Of a stretch of 64,000 bases of DNA, positions 47,247 to 56,951 are shown piece after piece. Within the stretch, counting starts at the first letter, position 1. Each line of letters opens with the position of its first letter. The stretch lies in NCBI GenBank assembly GCA_016932035.1, contig JAFGDR010000009.1:34845-98844 (forward strand). The letters run 5' to 3'. Under the pieces are notes generated by a model. It was not told the origin of the DNA. It worked only from the letters and a program-made list of their open reading frames with translations, and ran no database searches. A program made the position numbers and the translations under genes. This stretch comes from Candidatus Cloacimonadota bacterium. GTDB taxonomy: Bacteria > Cloacimonadota > Cloacimonadia > JGIOTU-2.

Positions 47247-50240
47247 ATGAAAGGTGCTGCAATAGTAATAATAAGTTTGTTATTCTCATCTTTACTTTTT
47301 GGTCAAACGATCTGGGAGGATAATGGTATTCCGATACGTCAGGGCGTTAATATAGAATGGTATCGATCGGGTACATCATTGGAGGATGGCTCAGTAGTAT
47401 ATGTATGGTCTGACACTCGTCTCGGAGATCGAGATGTTTGGGCACAAAGAGTTGATATCAACGGAAATCTCCTCTGGGGTGCTGATGCAGTCATGGTTAA
47501 TGGCGAGATCAATCGACAGGAAGATCCAGTTGTCATCAATACAGGTGATGGAGGAGTCATTATTGCTTGGGTAGATTTCAGAAATGAAGATGCCGGTGAT
47601 GTGTATGCACAAAAGCTTGATGGAGATGGAAATCTTCTCTGGAATGAAGCTGGAGTACCTTTATGTCTTGCATCAGATGTTCAAATATCTCTCAATATTG
47701 TGAATGATGCCAATCAGGGTGCATATGTGATCTGGCTTGATTCCCGAAATCCCGGCGGAATAGATATTTACGGTACGCATGTTAATGCTTCCGGCGATAT
47801 TGTAACAGGATGGGATGTCAATGGAAATCCAATTGCTGCTGAGAATGGTGCTCAAGATGGACACACATTCTGGGAAGATGGTACTGGCGGTGCAATACTT
47901 GCCTGGCATGATACCCGAGTTGCAACCGATGAGAATCTCTATATGCAGCGAATCGCTTCTGATGGAACATTACTGTGGGGAGCTGGTGGAACGCTTCTTT
48001 GTGGTGCCACTGATACTCAAAGCAATGTGAAAGTATGTCCTGATGGAACTGGAAGTTTTATTTTTACATGGCGTGATAAACATAGTGATCCGAATGGAGA
48101 TATCATGGCAATGCGCGTTGATCTCGATGCAAATTTCTTATGGGCTGGAGATGTGCCCATTTTCCAGGATGCAAGTATTCAAAAAGATCCAAGAATAACG
48201 CAGTCTTCAGATACAGGAGCGATCATTGTTTGGGTGGATTACAGAAATGATCCATTAGTTTCAGATATTTATACTCAAAAAATAAATGTTAGCGGTACAC
48301 TCCTCTGGGGTGTAGATGGTATTGCTCTTTGCACAGCTGAAAATAATCAGCTCGAACCTCGTTTGACAAATGATGAAAACGGAGGTTGTTATTTTGTGTG
48401 GACAGACGGAAGAAATGGGGGACATCCACACGAAGATATATATATGCAACACGTTAGTGGTACAGGTACGATTGAATGGGAATCAAACGGACAGGTGATC
48501 TGTAATGCATATGGAGAGCAGTTCTCACCTTTGCTTCGCGGAGACGGAAGCGGAAAAGTCTATGCTATTTGGGGTGATAACAGACAGGGTTCCACAGGAC
48601 TTTACTTCCAGATCCTCAATGGTTCAGGAACAGAGTATCTGACAGAAAATGGCAAATTGATCTATTACGGTCTCTGCGGTGATGCAAAAAATTATTTATT
48701 ATACCAGGGTTTAGATAAATCATTAATTCTCTGGGAAGATAGTAGAAGTCCATATACTGGTAACCAGCTCTATATGCAGGCACTTAATAATGATGGAACT
48801 ATAGATCTTGCTGTTAATGGTGCAGCACTTACTGGTCCAACTGGTTATGATCAGGAAAATGTCGATGCAATATACATAGTATCGGAGGATGAGCTTGCAG
48901 CAGTTTGGGAAGAGAACAGAACTGGCTTTAAACAAATATATGCTCAAGCCGTTGATGGACAATGTTCTCATCTCTGGTTATCAACAGGTTTGGCACTTGG
49001 CGATTTTGTATGCGAGCAGCAGAATCCCAAAATCTCTGCAGTAGCTGGTTCAAGAACAACTGAATACTATGCAGGATGGTCAGATTATAGAGATTTCATG
49101 GATCCAGGAATATTTGGACAGAAGATAGTCGATGGTGTGCTGCAATGGAATGATGAAGGGATTGAGATAGTCAACAGATCTGGTGAAGATAAACTTACGG
49201 ATGTTGTTGGTCTTTATTATATCTTTCAGAGCGGTGCTTGGAACAATCAAAATATATATGTAAAAAAAATTGATAGTAGCGGAAATACTGCAACTGGGTG
49301 GTCGGATGATGGATTGGAAATCTGCGGTGCAGCGAATAATCAGAATAATGCTACGGGACTTCTTGTACCGGAAGGTCTATTCGTCATTTGGGAAGATTCT
49401 CGTGATGGTGTTCTGGCAATCTATGGACAAGTCGTGACAGAAAGCGGTTCGGTGCTCTGGCAGGCAGATGGTGTGCCGATAGCAAGCTACGATAATGACC
49501 AGTCCGCACCGGCATATATTTATGATAATGATTTGTATGCTGTTTGGGAAGATTTCCGTAATGGTGTTGATTATAATATTTATGGTCAAAAGGTGCAAAC
49601 ATCTGATGGATCAATGCTTTGGAATCCAGATGCAGTGCCGATAGTTGATGAAGCAGGTGATCAAACCATGCCGTCAATTACAAAGGTTGGAATCAACCTG
49701 TTCGTTCCATGGCAGGATTTCCGAAACGGATTGAATGCAGATATTTACGGGCAAAAAATTTCATTAGACGGCACTGATGTATGGACATCAGATCTACCTG
49801 TGTGTACAGCTATCAAGAACCAATCCGGTCCATTAACCGTTCCCTTTGATGATTATTACGCCAGTGTAATCTGGCAGGATGCGCGATCAAGCGGGAAAGC
49901 AGATATTTACAATATCTATGCACAAAAAGTACAGATCAATGAAACCTCTGTTGATGATCCACAATCTTCAAATGTTTCTCTTATATCTCATTATCCAAAC
50001 CCGATAACAAACTCCGTTTTTTTCGTGCTTAAGAATAATGTGTTGCATCGAAATAACCGCATTGAGATCTATAATCTCAAAGGACAAAAAGTATACTCAT
50101 ATGATTTTGAAAAAGATCAGATTGAGCATATATGGGATACCAGGGATTTAAGGGGAAATCCAGTTGCAAATGGAGTTTATTTCTATCGGTATTCAAATTT
50201 CAGTGAGTCAACATCACAGAAATTAATTATTTTGAGATAG
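47247..50240 (+). CDS. T9SS-secreted protein with ~16 tandem ~55-aa repeats (propeller-like; motif 'DIY-x-QK[VI]...G...LW')
   Basis: 997 aa; signal peptide. Repeats recognisable by VWAQRV, VYAQKL, LYMQRI, IYTQKI, IYMQHV, LYMQAL, IYAQAV, IYGQVV, IYGQKV, IYGQKI, IYAQKV. CTD 'HYPNPITN...GVYFYRYSNFSESTSQKLIILR'. Confidence 0.7.
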   Translation: MKGAAIVIISLLFSSLLFGQTIWEDNGIPIRQGVNIEWYRSGTSLEDGSVVYVWSDTRLGDRDVWAQRVDINGNLLWGADAVMVNGEINRQEDPVVINTGDGGVIIAWVDFRNEDAGDVYAQKLDGDGNLLWNEAGVPLCLASDVQISLNIVNDANQGAYVIWLDSRNPGGIDIYGTHVNASGDIVTGWDVNGNPIAAENGAQDGHTFWEDGTGGAILAWHDTRVATDENLYMQRIASDGTLLWGAGGTLLCGATDTQSNVKVCPDGTGSFIFTWRDKHSDPNGDIMAMRVDLDANFLWAGDVPIFQDASIQKDPRITQSSDTGAIIVWVDYRNDPLVSDIYTQKINVSGTLLWGVDGIALCTAENNQLEPRLTNDENGGCYFVWTDGRNGGHPHEDIYMQHVSGTGTIEWESNGQVICNAYGEQFSPLLRGDGSGKVYAIWGDNRQGSTGLYFQILNGSGTEYLTENGKLIYYGLCGDAKNYLLYQGLDKSLILWEDSRSPYTGNQLYMQALNNDGTIDLAVNGAALTGPTGYDQENVDAIYIVSEDELAAVWEENRTGFKQIYAQAVDGQCSHLWLSTGLALGDFVCEQQNPKISAVAGSRTTEYYAGWSDYRDFMDPGIFGQKIVDGVLQWNDEGIEIVNRSGEDKLTDVVGLYYIFQSGAWNNQNIYVKKIDSSGNTATGWSDDGLEICGAANNQNNATGLLVPEGLFVIWEDSRDGVLAIYGQVVTESGSVLWQADGVPIASYDNDQSAPAYIYDNDLYAVWEDFRNGVDYNIYGQKVQTSDGSMLWNPDAVPIVDEAGDQTMPSITKVGINLFVPWQDFRNGLNADIYGQKISLDGTDVWTSDLPVCTAIKNQSGPLTVPFDDYYASVIWQDARSSGKADIYNIYAQKVQINETSVDDPQSSNVSLISHYPNPITNSVFFVLKNNVLHRNNRIEIYNLKGQKVYSYDFEKDQIEHIWDTRDLRGNPVANGVYFYRYSNFSESTSQKLIILR

Positions 50241-50243
50241 ATC

Positions 50244-52520
50244 ATGAAAAAATTTATTCTTTGTTTTCTTTTTTTGCTATTTGCAGTCTCATTGTATGGA
50301 CAGATCGGATTGCCAGAGCGGTACCATACATATGATGAGATCAAAGCTGAGCTGGATTCTCTGCAGGCACTCTATCCGGATCTTGTCTTTGTTGATTCAA
50401 TAGATGTGTCAGCCACTGATTCCATACCAATCTGGGCTGTAAAGCTATCTGATAATGCATCAGTAGATGAAGATGAACCTGCAGTTCTTTATGTGGGGCA
50501 ATGTCATGCTGAGGAGGTTCTGGGCGTTGAGATCAGTATGTATATGATCAACGAGATTCTCACCCATTTCTATCAAACACCATATGCGATATGGCTTTCC
50601 GAACTCGAGATATGGTTCATTCCTTCCATAAATCCGGAAGGATTGCAGGTTGTGATGGATGGCTGGGATGTTTCATTCCGAAAGACAAAAAGGGATAATA
50701 ATCTAAACGGTATCTTTGATTTTCAGGAGGGGCCCGGACATGATATTGACGGTGTAGATCCGAATAGAAACTATTCTTATAATTGGGTGCATGGAGACAC
50801 ACTCTATGAACCAAGTGGTGAAGAACGCTATGATTATTATCGTGGTCCTTATCCCTTTTCCGAAGGCGGTACGCAAGCAGTTCGAACCTTAGCAGATGAA
50901 CAACATTTTCTCTATTCAATAAACTGGCATTCATCAAGAACAGGTAATTTTTCTGAAAAAGTTTTCTATTCATGGGAATGGGATGGTGTTAAACGATCTC
51001 CGGATTTCGAATTCAATAAAATAATCGGAGAAACAGTTGCATCACTTATAGAAACTGAAGATGGAATAGCTCATTATGAACCTTCACCCTCAAGAGGTAG
51101 AAATGGATGTGCTCATGATTGGTTTTATAACACCTATGGAACAGTACAACTTCTAATTGAATGCGGAACTGAAAATCTACAGCCGAATGCTGCACTTGTG
51201 GACGACACATGCGAGCGCTGTAAACTTGGTGCTTACTGGCTCATGAACCGAGTAATTGGTTATCAAACCGATGCAGGAATGCTGACAGGCCATATTCAGG
51301 ATGCTCAAACAAAATCACCATTAGTAGCCGAAGTATATATAAATGATCATGATGCAGTGTATTTCACTCCTCGGCATTCTGATGAATTGTATGGTCGATA
51401 TTGGCGTTTGCTGGAACCCGGAACATACTCGGTAACCTATAAAAAAAAGGGATACCAAGACACAACCCTTACAAGTGTAACGATCAATAATTCTTCCTGG
51501 ACTGTGAAAAATGTAGAGCTTGAACCGCTACCACAAGTTACTGTTGTTGGAAATGTTCATAATAACGGCACTCCTCTTACATGTGATCTCATCCTCTCTG
51601 ATGGATATTTCTCAGAAACGCTTTCATTAATAGGAGATTTTTCGTTTAATTACCATACAGGAACCTATCAGGCAACATTTATTTCAGACGGATATGTACC
51701 GCAGATTATTGATATTGTTATCGATGATAGCCTGGAAAATTTAGATATAAATTTTCAGCAGCAAGTTGTAATATTCGAAGAAGATTGGGAATCCGGTATG
51801 GATGAATGGACAGCTGGAAATTTTTGGTGTCTGTATGAAGAACCATACGAGGGCACATTTGCTTTGCGTGATAATAATGACAGGTTTTATCATAATGGTA
51901 TAGAATCTTCGATTAAGACGAGTTCATCAATCAATCTTAATGGTGTGAATGAGGATGTTGTACTTAATTTTTGGCATAACTATCATACAGAATGGGAGAA
52001 TGATATCTGCTCGGTTGAGATATCACTTAATAACATTGACTGGACTGCTCTTGCATCATATTCAGGTGTAAGTCACGGCTGGGAACAAGTACTAATTCCC
52101 ATCAAAGATTATGTCGATTCTCATGTCTATATTCGCTTTACTATCTCAACAGATTCCTATTTAAGCGATCCGGGCTGGCTTATCGATAATGTGAAGATTG
52201 TATCATCACAGGGCAATGGAATCGAAGATCCACCTACTCCGCCGCAATATATATTACAGCAAAATCAACCCAATCCATTCAGATTTATAACATTTTTCCC
52301 TTATGAAATTAACAACTCCAAGAGTGAAGATATAACTATTTCTCTTTACAATATTAAAGGGCAGCTTGTTAAAACTTTTCATATCGAAGAGAAAAACTCA
52401 ATGATTTCATGGGATGGAAAGAATGAAAAGGGAGAACCAGTTGCATCAGGTATATATTTCTATCAATTACTAGCTGATGAAGAGGTTATTGCTACCAAGA
52501 AATGTGTTTTATATAGATAA
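50244..52520 (+). CDS. M14 family zinc carboxypeptidase with CarbopepD_reg-like domain and T9SS CTD
   Basis: 758 aa; 'VGQCHAEE' HxxE zinc ligands; 'NPEG'; T9SS CTD 'NQPNPF...GIYFYQLLADEEVIATKKCVLYR'; 3-nt gap from the upstream gene. Confidence 0.75.
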   Translation: MKKFILCFLFLLFAVSLYGQIGLPERYHTYDEIKAELDSLQALYPDLVFVDSIDVSATDSIPIWAVKLSDNASVDEDEPAVLYVGQCHAEEVLGVEISMYMINEILTHFYQTPYAIWLSELEIWFIPSINPEGLQVVMDGWDVSFRKTKRDNNLNGIFDFQEGPGHDIDGVDPNRNYSYNWVHGDTLYEPSGEERYDYYRGPYPFSEGGTQAVRTLADEQHFLYSINWHSSRTGNFSEKVFYSWEWDGVKRSPDFEFNKIIGETVASLIETEDGIAHYEPSPSRGRNGCAHDWFYNTYGTVQLLIECGTENLQPNAALVDDTCERCKLGAYWLMNRVIGYQTDAGMLTGHIQDAQTKSPLVAEVYINDHDAVYFTPRHSDELYGRYWRLLEPGTYSVTYKKKGYQDTTLTSVTINNSSWTVKNVELEPLPQVTVVGNVHNNGTPLTCDLILSDGYFSETLSLIGDFSFNYHTGTYQATFISDGYVPQIIDIVIDDSLENLDINFQQQVVIFEEDWESGMDEWTAGNFWCLYEEPYEGTFALRDNNDRFYHNGIESSIKTSSSINLNGVNEDVVLNFWHNYHTEWENDICSVEISLNNIDWTALASYSGVSHGWEQVLIPIKDYVDSHVYIRFTISTDSYLSDPGWLIDNVKIVSSQGNGIEDPPTPPQYILQQNQPNPFRFITFFPYEINNSKSEDITISLYNIKGQLVKTFHIEEKNSMISWDGKNEKGEPVASGIYFYQLLADEEVIATKKCVLYR

Positions 52521-52601
52521 CTATTTCGGGAATCCATTTATAGTGAAAAAGTTTACAACAAAATACCAATACAGAAAAAAAGAAAATATTTCAGAAAGGT
52601 T

Positions 52602-55600
52602 TTGTTCATGAAAAAGACCATATTTTTTATTCTATTCGTTCTTATTACAACAACATTTCTCTTCGCATGGCGACCACAGGAAATGGAAGTAAAGGTATAT
52701 CTCTCATCTGAAACTGATTATCAGACATTGTATAATCTCAAACTGAACGGAGATGTCTATTCAGGATTCGCGAGAATATTTGTTACTCCAGATGAATTTG
52801 AAGAACTTAAAGAAACCAATTTGTCATATGAAATAATTACTCAAGATCTGGAAGCTCATTCAGAGCAGATCAAAGAATTAAGAACAGACTGGCTCTGGTA
52901 TGATGATATTATTGCTTTGATGGATAGCTGTGCAGCAGCATTTCCTTTTATTTGTAGGAAAGAATATATCGGAGAAACGGTTGAAGGACGAGAAATTTCC
53001 GCATGTGTTATCAGTGATAATGTCTCATTGGAAGAAAATGAACCGGAGATCATGTTTGATGGGGGAATACACGGAGATGAACTCTGCGCTGCAGAAAACG
53101 TTGCACGAATGATCAGGTACCTTTGTGTGAATTATGGCTCGAATACACAGGTTACAAATATTGTCAATAATACTGAAGTGTGGCTTTATCCGATGGTCAA
53201 TCCTGATGGACGATATCATGTTGTGAGATACAATGCAAATGGTGTTGATCTTAACAGAGATTGGGGTTACATGTGGGATGCATGGGGAGGAAGTCCTGGT
53301 CCTTATTCACAAACTGAAACCAAAGCGCTCAGAAGTTGTATGTATAATCATCAATTTGTTGTTCATACGACGTATCATAGTGGAACTGAATTTATTTCAC
53401 ATCCCTGGAGTTATCGTTCAAACCTATGTCCTGATCATCCACATATAAATCAGCTTGCAGGTATTTACTCAACGAGTTCGGGATATGCAAACCTCGATTA
53501 CGGACCAGGTTGTACTGGCATGTACCCGATCAATGGTAGTTCAAAGGATACAAATTACGGTGTAATGGGTTCAATAAGCTGGTCAATGGAGATTTCATAT
53601 CAAAAGCAACCTCCGACTTCACAAATAGTCTATTACTGGAATCTCAATCTCCCCGCAATGCTTACTATGATGGAGTACTGCAATTACGGACTCAATGGAC
53701 TTGTTACCGATGCAGTATCTGGTGATCCTGTATCAGCTCTTATCTGGGTAAACAACTTCATGCCTACTTATACAGATCCTCAAGTCGGCGATTTTCATAA
53801 GTATGTACTCAATGGAAATTATACTGTCACAGTTACTGCCAATGGATATGAAAGCCAGACGATGAATAATGTCACTGTTACAGCAATGAATGCTACAACA
53901 ATTGATTTTCAATTGCAGCCATCAGATGACGATGCTTTTTACGGATACAAATTCGCCGCAAGCCAGATCCCTGACAATAATACAGGTGACGAAGGAAATA
54001 CACCCGCATGCCTAGGCCAACCAGATAATATAAATTATTCGATAGGTAAAAATGGTTGGTGTATTATTGATATGCAGTACCCGATCGTAGATGGACCATA
54101 TAATGATTTTACTGTATATGAAGGTGATGCATCACCAGAAGGATATGATTGTTATGTTGCAAACTCGATCGATGGACCGTTTTGTATCGTCGGTTCTGGA
54201 ATTGGTACAACAGAATTTGACCTAGGTGATTCTGATATCTCGGAAGCTCAGTTTATAAAAATCGTTGATGATGGTGATGGCACGGCAACGGCAAATGATG
54301 CCGGTTTTGATCTTGATGCGATTTCTACCGAATTCATTCAGGGAGCAAATCTTGTAATTGATGATTATTATGTTGATGATTCTGCAATTGGAAATGGAGA
54401 CGGTATTCTCGATCCGGGTGAACAAGCAATTCTCAATATTATTGTAAGAAATAATGGAACAGAAACCGCACAGGATATCCTCTCAATATTGAGTTGTACT
54501 GATCTTTACGTTTCTGTTAATGGTGACCTGGAACCATTTTCTAATATCGAACCGGGTGAAATGGACACCTCATCTGTATCAATTGCAGCTTTAGCATCGA
54601 CACCGGATGGACATCCTGCTTATTTCTCTCTGGATCTGCACTGTAACAGTAATGCATTTTCCGGAATGTATGATATTATCCTTCATGTCGGTTCAGTACC
54701 ATGCGAAGATTTTGAAACTGGTGATTTTAGCGCATTTGACTGGCAGATGGGTGGTAGCATGGACTGGACCATCGATACTATCAATCCATACCAGGGTTCA
54801 TATTGTGCAAGATCTGGAGCAATAGGACATAATACAACGACTGAGATGTCTGTTACACTTGATGTAAGCAGCGGACAGATTTCATTCTATAGAAAAGTTT
54901 CTTCTGAGAATACCTATGATTTTCTTCAATTCTATATTGATGGTGCAATGCAGGGACAATGGTCAGGAGAGATGAACTGGTCTCAGGAAGTGTACCCCGT
55001 TAATGCTGGAACTCACACTTTTAAATGGGTGTATGACAAAGATTATAATACGATAGGGGGTCAGGATCGGGCATGGGTCGATTGTATCTGTTTTCCTGCA
55101 ACATCACCCGATTATCCTATTTTCTATTTAGCACCAACATATATTGATTTTGGACAGGTGTATATCGGTTCAGATTCAACAGCTCATTTCACCGTGCAGA
55201 ATGTTGGCGGGGGAACACTCCAGGGTTCGATAAGTACACCTGTCGGATTTAGTGTCATGGAATCAGGTGGGAGTAATCCTGGAACCACCCTTGATTATAA
55301 CCTGGCTGAAGGTCAATCACAGGAATACGACCTTATCTTTTGCCCAGCACTTGTTCAATCCTATGAAGATAGTGTGCAGGTTACGATTCTACCGTTCCAG
55401 TTTGAATATATTCATGTCTGCGGCAACGGCATTATTCAAACCGGAGTGCCGAATAATGATAATTATGCTGAAACAAAGCTGCTCGGTAATTTTCCAAATC
55501 CAGTTGGAAGATCGACGGTTATTTCCTATCAACTTAAAGGTAGCGCTCAAATTCAGGATGTCATGATCGATGTTTACAATATTCATGGTGACTATGTTAT

Positions 55601-55724
55601 GACGGTAAAAGGAAATGCTGGAAAAGCAATTCTGGATTGTTCAGAAATTGGCAGCGGTGTATATTTTTATAAATTAAAACATGACAATACAGTGCAAATC
55701 AGAAAGATGGTTATCATCAAATAA
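52602..55724 (+). CDS. M14 family zinc carboxypeptidase with T9SS CTD and the jelly-roll-like domain shared with the C25 protein at 43743
   Basis: 1040 aa; 'GGIHGDE' HxxE; 'VNPDG'; shared-domain segment 'CEDFETGDFSAFDW...WVDCICFP'; CTD 'NFPNPV...GVYFYKLKHDNTVQIRKMVIIK'. Confidence 0.75.
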   Translation: MFMKKTIFFILFVLITTTFLFAWRPQEMEVKVYLSSETDYQTLYNLKLNGDVYSGFARIFVTPDEFEELKETNLSYEIITQDLEAHSEQIKELRTDWLWYDDIIALMDSCAAAFPFICRKEYIGETVEGREISACVISDNVSLEENEPEIMFDGGIHGDELCAAENVARMIRYLCVNYGSNTQVTNIVNNTEVWLYPMVNPDGRYHVVRYNANGVDLNRDWGYMWDAWGGSPGPYSQTETKALRSCMYNHQFVVHTTYHSGTEFISHPWSYRSNLCPDHPHINQLAGIYSTSSGYANLDYGPGCTGMYPINGSSKDTNYGVMGSISWSMEISYQKQPPTSQIVYYWNLNLPAMLTMMEYCNYGLNGLVTDAVSGDPVSALIWVNNFMPTYTDPQVGDFHKYVLNGNYTVTVTANGYESQTMNNVTVTAMNATTIDFQLQPSDDDAFYGYKFAASQIPDNNTGDEGNTPACLGQPDNINYSIGKNGWCIIDMQYPIVDGPYNDFTVYEGDASPEGYDCYVANSIDGPFCIVGSGIGTTEFDLGDSDISEAQFIKIVDDGDGTATANDAGFDLDAISTEFIQGANLVIDDYYVDDSAIGNGDGILDPGEQAILNIIVRNNGTETAQDILSILSCTDLYVSVNGDLEPFSNIEPGEMDTSSVSIAALASTPDGHPAYFSLDLHCNSNAFSGMYDIILHVGSVPCEDFETGDFSAFDWQMGGSMDWTIDTINPYQGSYCARSGAIGHNTTTEMSVTLDVSSGQISFYRKVSSENTYDFLQFYIDGAMQGQWSGEMNWSQEVYPVNAGTHTFKWVYDKDYNTIGGQDRAWVDCICFPATSPDYPIFYLAPTYIDFGQVYIGSDSTAHFTVQNVGGGTLQGSISTPVGFSVMESGGSNPGTTLDYNLAEGQSQEYDLIFCPALVQSYEDSVQVTILPFQFEYIHVCGNGIIQTGVPNNDNYAETKLLGNFPNPVGRSTVISYQLKGSAQIQDVMIDVYNIHGDYVMTVKGNAGKAILDCSEIGSGVYFYKLKHDNTVQIRKMVIIK

Positions 55725-55741
55725 CTAAGAAATGAGGTAAG

Positions 55742-56935
55742 ATGAAATTATCTACTCGTGCTATAGAAATTCAGGCATCACCTATACGAAAGCTAACACC
55801 TTTTGCCGATGATGCAAAAAAGAAGGGCGTTCATGTATATCATCTCAATATCGGGCAACCTGATATTGAAACACCCAGAGAAATCTTGGATGTGTATAAT
55901 CATTTTGATGGAAAGGTACTTTCGTATGGTCCTTCACAGGGGTTGTTGAGTTATAGGCAGAGTCTTGTGCGCTATTATAATAAGCATCACATTCCTATCA
56001 GTATTAAGGATCTGATCGTGACAACTGCCGGCTCTGAGGCTATTATCTTTGCTCTGCTTGCAACCTGTAATGTCGGAGATGAAGTGATCATACCTGAACC
56101 ATTTTACACAAATTATAACGGATTTGGGACTATTGCAGGAGTAACCATTAAACCTCTTACAACCTATGCTGAAGACGGTTTTTCACTCCCTCCAGATGAA
56201 AAAATAATCGAGTGCATAACAGAAAAAACAAAAGCAATTCTCTTCAGTAATCCAGGTAATCCAACCGGTGCTGTTTATTTGAAAAATGATCTTGAACGAT
56301 TAGCGAAGATAGCACTCAAATATGATCTCTATCTCATATCTGATGAAGTGTATAGAGAATTCATATATGACGGTCTTTCTCATACAAGTATTCTACACAT
56401 TAATGGGATCGAGGATCGGGCAATAATGGTAGACAGCATTTCCAAGCGATATAGCGCATGTGGTGCAAGAATTGGATGTATTATATCAAGAAATAATGCT
56501 TTAATGGAATCTATCCTGAAATTCGCACAAGCACGTCTTTGTCCACCTACAATAGACCAGTTAGCAGCACAGGCTGCAGTTGATATTGAGGATGCTTATT
56601 TTATCGATGTTCTCAAAGAATATGATAAAAGACGAAATATTGTTTATAATGAAGTACATAAGATCGAAGGTATCGTGTGTGTGAAACCGCAAGGGGCGTT
56701 CTATATGATCGTGAAGCTGCCTATCGAAGATGCTGAAGATTTTGCTCAGTGGATGCTCGAGGAGTTTTCTGATAATAATGAAACCGTTATGTTTGCCCCG
56801 GCAAAAGGATTTTATGCAACTCCCAAAATGGGAAGAGATGAAGTTCGCCTTGCATATATCCTCAATGAAGATGACCTGAAATGTGCGATGCATTTGTTCC
56901 GAAAAGGTCTTAAGGAATATATAGAAAAACATTAA
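55742..56935 (+). CDS. class I/II pyridoxal-phosphate aminotransferase (aspartate/aromatic aminotransferase-like)
   Basis: 397 aa; 'IQASPIRKL' N-terminal motif; 'SISKRYSACGARIG' PLP-lysine region. Confidence 0.8.
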   Translation: MKLSTRAIEIQASPIRKLTPFADDAKKKGVHVYHLNIGQPDIETPREILDVYNHFDGKVLSYGPSQGLLSYRQSLVRYYNKHHIPISIKDLIVTTAGSEAIIFALLATCNVGDEVIIPEPFYTNYNGFGTIAGVTIKPLTTYAEDGFSLPPDEKIIECITEKTKAILFSNPGNPTGAVYLKNDLERLAKIALKYDLYLISDEVYREFIYDGLSHTSILHINGIEDRAIMVDSISKRYSACGARIGCIISRNNALMESILKFAQARLCPPTIDQLAAQAAVDIEDAYFIDVLKEYDKRRNIVYNEVHKIEGIVCVKPQGAFYMIVKLPIEDAEDFAQWMLEEFSDNNETVMFAPAKGFYATPKMGRDEVRLAYILNEDDLKCAMHLFRKGLKEYIEKH

Positions 56936-56951
56936 TGATCGGAGTTTTTAA

